From: a virus
Taxonomy: Duplodnaviria; Heunggongvirae; Uroviricota; Caudoviricetes
IMG/VR virus record: IMGVR_UViG_2740892269_000011
Reading direction: 5' to 3' (one strand)
Length of the DNA stretch: 6,645 bases
The position numbers and the translations under genes were made by a program. Below the pieces are notes generated by a model that was not told the DNA's origin, searched no databases, and worked only from the letters and a program-made list of their open reading frames with translations. This document shows positions 1-6,058 of the stretch, piece after piece (position 1 is the stretch's first letter; each line of letters starts with the position of its first letter).

Positions 1-13
1 GTCCAATGTGCAT

Positions 14-51
14 AAAAAAATCCGGAAACAAGTGAGCGTTTCCGGATTCTT
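14..51. terminator. Bidirectional rho-independent terminator hairpin downstream of ratB
   Basis: Perfect 10-bp inverted repeat ATCCGGAAAC (20-29) / GTTTCCGGAT (38-47) with 8-nt loop, flanked by A7 (14-20) upstream and TTCTT downstream. On the minus strand the stem is followed by U7, immediately 3' of the ratB stop at 125. Confidence 0.6.
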
Positions 52-124
52 ACACAGCCACTGGATCGGTCAACTGATCCTTAACTGATCGGCATTAGCT
101 CAATGAGCACCTTTTTTCTGTCTG

Positions 125-415
125 TTATTTATTCGCTGATTTTTCTGCTCGTTGCCTGCGAAGCTCTTTCGGATCGGCAATGAGAGGGCGATAAATCTCC
201 ACCCGATCGCCATCATGCACACTATCGCTTAGTTTTGCCGGACGGCTGTAAATGCCGACTTTGTTTTTAGTTAAATCGATATCGGTACGCAATTCCAGCA
301 AGCCACTGGCGCGAATAGCTTCTTCAACCGTCGCGCCCTCCTGCAGCGTCACGCGCTGCAGGTACTGCTTCTCAGGTAGCGCATAAGCCACCTCAACGGC
401 AATTTTACCTAGCAC
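125..415 (-). CDS. ratB: RatB / YfjF (UPF0125, RnfH-like) protein, 96 aa
   Basis: The ORF-track frame 125..499 contains ...[96 protein letters not shown], which I recognise as E. coli YfjF. Start taken as GTG at 415..413, giving 96 aa and an 11-bp overlap with ratA. Conserved position next to ratA-smpB-ssrA. Confidence 0.88.
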   Translation of the reverse strand: MLGKIAVEVAYALPEKQYLQRVTLQEGATVEEAIRASGLLELRTDIDLTKNKVGIYSRPAKLSDSVHDGDRVEIYRPLIADPKELRRQRAEKSANK

Positions 416-881
416 TGTAAACCTCTTTCGCACGAACCGTAAAAGCCTGGACCATATTAGACGCCAGCTCTTTAAACACGCGACCAAAGGCGAGTTCAAT
501 CAACTTATTGGTAAACTCAAAGTCGAGATGAAACTCGATACGACACGCCTCCTGGCTCAGCGGCGTAAACTTCCATCCACCAATCAATTTCTTGAACGGC
601 CCATCCACCAGATTCATAAGAATACTTTGGTTACTGGTCAACTGGTTGCGGGTAGTAAACGTTTTGCTGATCCCAGCCTTAGAGACATCTACCGCCGCAG
701 TCATCTGCCCAGGAGTGGACTCCAGAATCCGACTTCCGGTACAACCCGGCAAAAACTGAGGATAAGACTGAACGTCATTCACTAACTGATACATTTGCTC
801 CGCGCTGTAGGGTACCAGTGCGGTCCGGCTAATCTGAGGCATAACTATTTCCATCAACAAAAATCCAACAAATAATATCAT
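405..881 (-). CDS. ratA: Ribosome association toxin RatA (YfjG, SRPBCC/polyketide-cyclase-like), 158 aa
   Basis: 158-aa [50 protein letters not shown]... matches my memory of E. coli RatA. ATG at 881..879. Divergent from smpB, as in E. coli. An internal ATG (MPQIS...) is an alternative start. Confidence 0.9.
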   Translation of the reverse strand: MILFVGFLLMEIVMPQISRTALVPYSAEQMYQLVNDVQSYPQFLPGCTGSRILESTPGQMTAAVDVSKAGISKTFTTRNQLTSNQSILMNLVDGPFKKLIGGWKFTPLSQEACRIEFHLDFEFTNKLIELAFGRVFKELASNMVQAFTVRAKEVYSAR

Positions 882-1012
882 TTATCCTGCTGTAAAAAAA
901 ACGCTATCCCGGCGCTGGGTAACATCGGGTTCATGCTAAGATAGAGCCTTGTCCCCCGCAGGATTGATATGGGGTGTTTTCGATTTCAGATTACCGATGA
1001 TTCACGACGCTT
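882..1012. promoter_or_regulatory. Divergent intergenic region expected to carry the ratA-ratB and smpB promoters
   Basis: 131-bp AT-rich spacer between divergently oriented ratA (start 881) and smpB (start 1013). Candidate -10-like hexamers TAAGAT (937-942) and TGATAT (965-970) are visible, but I could not assign confident -35/-10 pairs by eye. Confidence 0.3.
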
Positions 1013-1495
1013 ATGACGAAGAAAAAAGCACATAAACCTGGTTCAGCGACCATCGCGCTTAACAAGCGCGCCCGTCACGAATACTTTATCGAAGAAGAGT
1101 TCGAAGCGGGACTTGCCCTGCAAGGCTGGGAAGTTAAATCCCTGCGCGCAGGAAAAGCCAATATCAGCGACAGCTACGTCCTTCTGCGTGACGGAGAGGC
1201 ATTTCTGTTTGGCGCTAACATCACGCCAATGGCCGTGGCCTCCACGCATGTGGTGTGCGATCCTACCCGTACCCGCAAGTTACTTCTCAACCAGCGCGAA
1301 CTGGACTCATTGTACGGTCGCGTCAATCGAGAAGGCTATACCGTAGTGGCGCTCTCCCTGTACTGGAAAAATGCCTGGTGCAAAGTGAAAATCGGCGTCG
1401 CCAAAGGTAAAAAACAGCACGATAAACGTTCAGATATCAAAGAACGCGAATGGCAGGTGGATAAAGCACGTATCATGAAAAACGCCCACCGTTAA
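1013..1495 (+). CDS. smpB: SsrA-binding protein SmpB (trans-translation cofactor), 160 aa
   Basis: [163 protein letters not shown] is the canonical E. coli SmpB. It sits immediately upstream of ssrA as expected. Confidence 0.97.
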
Positions 1496-1659
1496 ACCTG
1501 CACTCCAATTATTGACCAGTTCCTCACCGCGCCTCCCTCTCCGGCGGCGCGAATGAACATCTTATTGGCTATCACATCCGACACAAATGTTGCCATCCCA
1601 TTGCTTAATCGAATAAAAATCAGGCTACATGGGTGCTAAATCTTTAACGATAACGCCAT

Positions 1660-1709
1660 TGAGGCTGGTCATGGCGCTCATAAATCTGGTATACTTACCT
1701 TTACACATT
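1660..1709 (+). promoter_or_regulatory. Putative ssrA promoter and short 5' leader of the tmRNA precursor
   Basis: TATACT (1690-1695) lies about 14 nt upstream of the mature tmRNA 5' end (GGGGCUG at 1710). tmRNA is known to be made as a precursor with a short leader removed by RNase P. A -35-like TGGTCA sits at 1667-1672 (17-bp spacing). Hexamers were assigned by eye only. Confidence 0.4.
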
Positions 1710-2072
1710 GGGGCTGATTCTGGATTCGACGGGATTTGCGAAACCCAAGGTGCATGCCGAGGGGCGGTTGGCCTCGTAAAAAGCCGCAAAAAATAGTCGC
1801 AAACGACGAAAACTACGCTTTAGCAGCTTAATAACCTGCTTAGAGCCCTCTCTCCCTAGCCTCCGCTCTTAGGACGGGGATCAAGAGAGGTCAAACCCAA
1901 AAGAGATCGCGTGGAAGCCCTGCCTGGGGTTGAAGCGTTAAAACTTAATCAGGCTAGTTTGTTAGTGGCGTGTCCGTCCGCAGCTGGCAAGCGAATGTAA
2001 AGACTGACTAAGCATGTAGTACCGAGGATGTAGGAATTTCGGACGCGGGTTCAACTCCCGCCAGCTCCACCA
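1710..2072 (+). ncRNA. ssrA: tmRNA (SsrA, 10Sa RNA), 363 nt
   Basis: Starts GGGGCTGATTCTGGATTCGACGGGATTTGCGAAACCC and ends GGGTTCAACTCCCGCCAGCTCCACCA (tRNA-like T-arm and CCA). Contains the tag frame GCA AAC GAC GAA AAC TAC GCT TTA GCA GCT TAA TAA (ANDENYALAA). Matches the E. coli ssrA sequence from memory over the whole length. Confidence 0.97.
1799..1831 (+). other. ssrA: tmRNA mRNA-like domain: tag-peptide reading frame ANDENYALAA (resume codon GCA at 1799, tandem stops TAA TAA)
   Basis: Direct translation of 1799..1828 gives A-N-D-E-N-Y-A-L-A-A, followed by TAA at 1829-1831 and a second TAA at 1832-1834. This is the canonical enterobacterial degradation tag. Confidence 0.92.
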
Positions 2073-2173
2073 CTTTTGACAGGACTGCAACCGGACAGAG
2101 ACTATAAAAACAGTCACTTACGGACACTGACCAGACAGTAAGCGGACCAGAAAAAGACAAAAATATACACGCA

Positions 2174-2189
2174 AAATGCACGTGCATTT
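2174..2189. repeat. Perfect 16-bp palindrome AAATGCACGTGCATTT (CACGTG core)
   Basis: Read directly from the sequence: positions 2174-2189 are identical to their own reverse complement. Located in the ssrA/prophage junction, 7 bp upstream of the terminator stem. Confidence 0.6.
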
Positions 2190-2190
2190 C

Positions 2191-2226
2191 AAAAAAGCCT
2201 CTGATTATGAAGTCAGAGGCTTTTCT
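2191..2226. terminator. Bidirectional rho-independent terminator between convergent ssrA and the prophage tail operon
   Basis: Stem GCCTCTGATT (2197-2206) / AGTCAGAGGC (2211-2220), 10 bp with one G-U pair, loop ATGA. Flanked by A6 (2191-2196, giving U6 after the stem on the minus strand) and TTTTCT (2221-2226) on the plus strand. Lies 45 bp 3' of the terminal minus-strand ORF stop (2271). Confidence 0.65.
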
Positions 2227-2270
2227 AGTTGTAAATAAGGGTAACAATTTAACACGATGCAGCTTACCAA

Positions 2271-2834
2271 TTACGTAACATCAAACGCTCTAATTGTTCC
2301 CAAATCCTCCAGACCACTCAGCTCCTCTTTCATTTCACGCTGACGGCGATAAATCTCATCGTTGCGATCGACCTGCGCCTGCACCATTGCTGCCGCCAGT
2401 TCTTCCAGTTCCGGCATCGACAGTTTCACCTGCTGATTATCGGCATCACCCCACGCCATATGCGTTTGTGCTGTGACAGATTTTGCCAGCATGACTACCG
2501 GGGACAGGCGGCCCAGTGAGTCGGGGCCAGCATTCCAGATACGACCATTCCATTCAAACGTGAACGGCTTCGCCTCCTGTTCTGTGCGCCATGCTTCAAT
2601 TTCCTGACGTCTGGCCTCTCTGGCCGCTTCCAGCATTTCTGGTGTCACAGTGAATGGGGCTATCTCACCCCATTTGCCACTTTGCAGTTCCTGCCAGATT
2701 CGCTGACCCGTCGGTGCGACATCATCAGCGGTGGCTGTGTAGGGGACTGCCTGGTCCCTGTCGTCAAAAAAAACGTCACAGTCTACTGCGCCACTTTCGG
2801 TATAACGGGGATTAATGATTTTTTTAATTTCCAC
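2271..2834 (-). CDS. Hypothetical prophage protein in the tail-fibre-chaperone position; family not recognised (187 aa from GTG 2834; longest frame 207 aa from ATG 2894)
   Basis: Long open frame ending at TAA 2273..2271. GTG at 2834..2832 is preceded by GAGGA at 7-nt spacing and lies 10 nt after the upstream fibre stop (TGA 2847..2845); the alternative ATG at 2894 would overlap that fibre frame by 50 bp. The translation (…KPFTFEWNGRIWNAGPDSLGRL…ELEELAAAMVQAQVDRNDEIYRRQREMKEEL…) lacks the lambda Tfa / P2 gpG C-terminal signature, so a chaperone role is inferred from position only. Confidence 0.6.
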   Translation of the reverse strand: MEIKKIINPRYTESGAVDCDVFFDDRDQAVPYTATADDVAPTGQRIWQELQSGKWGEIAPFTVTPEMLEAAREARRQEIEAWRTEQEAKPFTFEWNGRIWNAGPDSLGRLSPVVMLAKSVTAQTHMAWGDADNQQVKLSMPELEELAAAMVQAQVDRNDEIYRRQREMKEELSGLEDLGTIRAFDVT

Positions 2835-2844
2835 GGTGCATTCC

Positions 2845-3342
2845 TCACGATGTGCGAATAAAAAGCCCGGGCATTGCGCCAGAGACATGAGCATCCGGCA
2901 CCCCGGACAGGGCGCTATATGACCCCGGTAATGAATGCTCTGAACATCCCGTAATGAAAAATTGTGGGGATGCTATATACGTTCCGGTGGGAGTACTGGG
3001 CACTGAAATCCCCACCGGTCCCAGTCGTGAGCCTCTGTATGACTGCCCCCTGACAAGTCTGATGACTTTATCACCGTCAGCTTCTCCCTGGTACGCAGCA
3101 ATAATCAGCCCGCCAATGTCAGGGTCTCCCCATCTGTTGCAGACAGAGCTCGCCACGATTCTGTAAATAATATCTTCTGTGGTTATATTTATTTTCACCC
3201 AGCCAGTCAGTCTGGATATGGGCCAGTAGCAGTAGCGGGTGTGATAAATGGGGCCGTTAATGCCGTAAAAAGTAAGGGATTTGGCTCTGTACCTCGGTTC
3301 TGTTGTCTCAGGGCGTGCATCAGTCCACCGGATGCTGAGCAC
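2845..3342 (-). CDS. C-terminal fragment of a disrupted second tail-fibre gene; unrecognised distal domain (frame open without a start codon up to 3549)
   Basis: ORF-track ORF of 165 aa starting at GTG 3342. My translation shows the same frame is open upstream to 3549 (…RKRTAFGFGCAFLPEDVIRFDTKSDFLAWVRNALPGEYSVAGPYDIIIPDTRFEGVLSIRW…) with no ATG/GTG/TTG, and the GTG at 3342 has no properly spaced SD. Best explained as the downstream part of the gene begun at 3869, in a different frame. Confidence 0.5.
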   Translation of the reverse strand: MLSIRWTDARPETTEPRYRAKSLTFYGINGPIYHTRYCYWPISRLTGWVKINITTEDIIYRIVASSVCNRWGDPDIGGLIIAAYQGEADGDKVIRLVRGQSYRGSRLGPVGISVPSTPTGTYIASPQFFITGCSEHSLPGSYSALSGVPDAHVSGAMPGLFIRTS

Positions 3343-3416
3343 CCCTTCAAACCGTGTGTCGGGTATGATGATGTCGTAGGGGCCAGCAACGGAATATTCA
3401 CCTGGCAGCGCATTCC

Positions 3417-3869
3417 TTACCCAGGCCAGGAAATCACTCTTAGTGTCAAAACGGATAACATCTTCAGGCAGAAAAGCACACCCAAAGCCGAATGCTGTGC
3501 GTTTCCGGCTGCGGCCCCGGCGCTCTGCTGCGCCTGCGCCACCATTTCCTCAAAGCGTTTGACGACATCCGGTTTCAGGTCGCCCTCATCAGGAGCAATC
3601 AGAAAGTCATTCAGCGTGCCGGGCTTTGAGTCGTCGTATACAGCAATGTCGCCAACACAGTACTCGTCGCGCCAGTCCCGTTTCAGATACACGCAATATT
3701 TTCCGACCTGTGCCTCAAACGAATATTCACCGTTATTTCCGGTCACTACATCAGCCCTGGTACGCATCACCACTTCTGAGGTGTTTACACGGGATTTCAG
3801 AATAATCTGGCATCCGGACATGGGGATGCCTGCGCCATCAGTCAGCGCACCTGATATCACTACAGACAT
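3417..3869 (-). CDS. N-terminal fragment of a side tail fibre (lambda Stf-like prophage tail-fibre N-terminal domain), truncated by a frame change
   Basis: MSVVISGALTDGAGIPMSGCQIILKSRVNTSEVV…GEYSFEAQVGKYCVYL…GDIAVYDDSKPGTLNDFLIAPDEGDLKPDVVKRFEEMVAQAQQSAGAAAG aligns motif-by-motif with the lambda Stf N-terminus as I recall it (MAVKISGVLKDGTGKPVQNCTIQLKARRNST…GTITVYEDSQPGTLNDFLCAMTEDDARPEVLRRLELMV). After the Ala-rich linker the frame decays into non-protein-like sequence (…LGVLFCLKMLSVLTLRVISWPG*). ATG at 3869 follows the upstream Tfa stop by 23 nt. Confidence 0.75.
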   Translation of the reverse strand: MSVVISGALTDGAGIPMSGCQIILKSRVNTSEVVMRTRADVVTGNNGEYSFEAQVGKYCVYLKRDWRDEYCVGDIAVYDDSKPGTLNDFLIAPDEGDLKPDVVKRFEEMVAQAQQSAGAAAGNAQHSALGVLFCLKMLSVLTLRVISWPG

Positions 3870-3892
3870 AGTTTTTCTCGCGATAAATTAAA

Positions 3893-4438
3893 TCAGGAAG
3901 AACCTTCCGGAGAGACGGACCATTCAATGGCGTTATATGAGGATTTATCAGTGATGGTGCTGAAATCCATCGCCTGCAGCGATTTCGCGTAAATACGGTA
4001 CGCTTTCAGTTTTTCCCGGTCTTCGTCGCTGATTAGCCCCAGCAGCAGGTCTTCTTCCCATTCCCCTGTCCGGGCACTGACCTGAGCCAGAAGGGCATCA
4101 CGCTCATCTTCCGCTTTGAGTCTGTAGTCAAAGACAAATTCATCATTGCGGTAAAACCAGTAACCCGGCGCGGTAATGCGGCGGTTGGCGGTAATATCAG
4201 GAACTTCAATAACACTGGCGTTACGGGGTTCAATGCCTGTCACATCCTTACCGACCCACACCACGCGCCCGTCTCCGGTGTAAACCATTTTTATGGTGTC
4301 ACTGGCAAAGTTCTTCTGTTCTTCATACCAGTTTTTGCCGTCTTCCGAAAAAAGCCAGGTGACATCATACTGTTTTGTCAGCTGATATTATTCCGCGGTT
4401 TTCGGATTACCTGCCGTAATATTTTTTAAATGCAACAT
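3893..4438 (-). pseudogene. Tail fibre assembly protein (P2 gpG / Caudo_TAP-like) interrupted by an in-frame TAA at codon 17 (4390..4388)
   Basis: From ATG 4438..4436 the frame reads [56 protein letters not shown]…SVIEVPDITANRR…EKLKAYRIYAKSLQAMDFSTITDKSSYNAIEWSVSPEGSS. It is continuous and gpG-like on both sides of the stop, with a Tfa-type C-terminus. The ATG lies 2 nt after the fibre stop (TAA 4443..4441). The track ORF 3893..4288 is the part downstream of the stop; its ATG has no SD. Confidence 0.8.
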
Positions 4439-4440
4439 TG

Positions 4441-5493
4441 TTAAATACTCGCTACGTTATACCAGGTGCCATTAATCAGTTTTTGCAGCGGTCGGTAATA
4501 CACGCCGTTGACGTTATCCGCTGAGTTACGGCCGGTATCCGATATCGATATCCCTGACAGCCCGTGTCCCGAAGGTGAGCGAAATGTCCACGAAACGGTG
4601 TTACTGCCGGGGGGGTAATACATTTCATAACCATACCGCACATCCTGCACGCCACCATTTCGCTGCTGGTAACGGGCATCAAAGTTTCCGTAGTCTGACG
4701 GTGTTACCCGTCCTGTAACGTTTACAGCTTTATTACTCTGGATACTGCCACTCTGAAAACGCAACACATGCACGCTATTGGCATAAACATCCAGCAGGCC
4801 ATCACCATTCTGTTTGAATCCGGTGTCATTATCACCAAGAACAATTGAATTCCCCCCCAGGGCGTTCTGAACGCCGATACCCAGCGCACCATTGACCTGC
4901 GAACCACCGCCAACAGACACTTTATGCGACATGGATATTTCACCCGTCCGCAGATTAATGGTGAACGGGCGCAGGGGACCAATATCGCCATTTTCCCCCT
5001 GACCTTCACTGGTGGGAATAAGGTGCAGGCACTCTTCCGAACGACGAAAAATCAGGCCAAAAGCTTCGTTGAAAATCCTCAGCGCATTAACACCACGGAT
5101 TTTCAGCTCTCCGGTCATGGTGTCGCCATCACGCTGAACGGCATTTTTTGCCTTATCCACCGTGGGTTTTAATCCGAGGTTTTCAACAGCCTCATCCCTG
5201 TCTTCCACATCCGAAAGGTTATTTTTTATCAGCAATGCCTCTTCGTTAATTGCACCGCCCACCAGCAATAATATAGCCTTATATAGCTGGTCGTGTTCTT
5301 CTTTATTCAGTTCTATCCCGGCCTTCTCAATGACACCACAGATTTCCTCCTGAATGGCATTCCACATGGCACTGTTCAGCCAGGTAGCAAGACGTCCTGT
5401 GCGAAGATTTCCGTCAGTAAATCCGTTCTTACCCGGACCAAACTTATCTTTTACCGCAGTCAGCGTATCAATCCTGTGCATCTTCATCCTCAT
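4441..5493 (-). CDS. Tail fibre protein with a P2 gpH-like C-terminal receptor-binding region, about 347-350 aa
   Basis: C-terminal half contains NALGGNSIVLGDNDTGFKQNGDGLLDVYANS…SDYGNFDARY…LINGTWYNVASI, matching the conserved distal part of P2 gpH-type fibres from memory. Three in-frame ATGs at 5493, 5487 and 5481; the last has the best SD (AGGA, 5-nt spacer). Followed 2 nt later by the Tfa start. Confidence 0.85.
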   Translation of the reverse strand: MRMKMHRIDTLTAVKDKFGPGKNGFTDGNLRTGRLATWLNSAMWNAIQEEICGVIEKAGIELNKEEHDQLYKAILLLVGGAINEEALLIKNNLSDVEDRDEAVENLGLKPTVDKAKNAVQRDGDTMTGELKIRGVNALRIFNEAFGLIFRRSEECLHLIPTSEGQGENGDIGPLRPFTINLRTGEISMSHKVSVGGGSQVNGALGIGVQNALGGNSIVLGDNDTGFKQNGDGLLDVYANSVHVLRFQSGSIQSNKAVNVTGRVTPSDYGNFDARYQQRNGGVQDVRYGYEMYYPPGSNTVSWTFRSPSGHGLSGISISDTGRNSADNVNGVYYRPLQKLINGTWYNVASI

Positions 5494-6058
5494 CTGGATA
5501 GGAAAATAAAACGACGGTGTGTGACGGACATAATTTATTAATCACGCACTCCGCAACCGTATCCCCCCACGTCCGGATCGGTGTGTTGCAGGCGTCCGTG
5601 CATGTCTGCCACTGAGCACCGGCATCCATCGGCAACGTCACACGCCAGAAATAACGCCAGCGATCTCCCCATTCCGGATCGGGGCTTGCATCCAAGTGCT
5701 GGAACTGTTCGATCGTTACGCCGGTATATCCCAGCGCCTCAAGCTGATCCAGGAAGAACTGCTCATTTATGCCACCAGCCACATTGGCTTTTGCTTCAAG
5801 ACGTTGCTGACGCTGGCGTAATGTCTGGGTTCCGACAGGGGAACAGGAATCAGGTAAACCATACAATTCTTCATAACGTTCAATCAGCTCTGTGGACTGA
5901 CCGGGATCGATTTCAATCACCAGTTCATCAGCCCGCTGGTGAACACGCACAAGCGATGGTGCCAGACCGTCAAGTACACCGTCGGTATCTGACCATGCAG
6001 GCCCCGGCGGCATCAGTCCGTACAGCAGCTTTGTATAATCATCCTGTAACGAATCCAT
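5468..6058 (-). CDS. Phage tail/baseplate protein, YmfQ / Mu gp48-like (DUF2313-type), 196 aa
   Basis: MDSLQDDYTKLLYGLMPPGPAWSDTDGVLDGLAPSLVRVHQRADELVIEIDPGQSTELIERYEELYGLPDSCSP…TLRQRQQRLEAKANVAGG… resembles e14 YmfQ-type proteins as I recall them. The start ATG overlaps the upstream stop as TAATG (6060..6056). Sits between baseplate J-like and fibre genes as in e14 and Mu. Confidence 0.7.
   Translation of the reverse strand: MDSLQDDYTKLLYGLMPPGPAWSDTDGVLDGLAPSLVRVHQRADELVIEIDPGQSTELIERYEELYGLPDSCSPVGTQTLRQRQQRLEAKANVAGGINEQFFLDQLEALGYTGVTIEQFQHLDASPDPEWGDRWRYFWRVTLPMDAGAQWQTCTDACNTPIRTWGDTVAECVINKLCPSHTVVLFSYPDEDEDAQD

Noticed and set aside
1-15. Possible 3' end of an upstream plus-strand gene (bamE in E. 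coli synteny) at the window edge
   Set aside because: Only about 15 nt are available, too little to support any call.
528-1346. Small ORFs 528..785 (+), 1043..1249 (-) and 1113..1346 (+) inside or opposite ratA and smpB
   Set aside because: They sit within or antisense to well-supported conserved genes and are typical shadow ORFs.
2008-2247. 79-aa minus-strand ORF overlapping the 3' end of ssrA and the terminator
   Set aside because: It overlaps the tmRNA gene and the terminator hairpin, and the translation is hydrophobic junk. Not a gene.
3241-3891. 216-aa plus-strand ORF antisense to the second fibre gene
   Set aside because: The translation is low-complexity and Cys/Ser/Pro-rich with no domain-like segments, and it lies entirely opposite a region with clear coding signal on the minus strand. 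Most likely an antisense artefact.
4391-4416. Possible Gin/Hin/Pin-type inversion crossover site (GGTTTTCGGATTA resembles a gix/hix half-site)
   Set aside because: Only one half-site-like stretch, no 26-bp dyad, no inverted partner seen elsewhere, no recombinase gene in the window, and both fibre cassettes are on the same strand. The stretch also lies inside the Tfa coding sequence.
4033-5009. Alternative-frame minus-strand ORFs 4033..4233, 4476..4682 and 4722..5009
   Set aside because: Embedded in other frames of the Tfa and fibre genes, whose own frames carry the recognisable homology. Translations are Cys/Met/Arg-rich noise.
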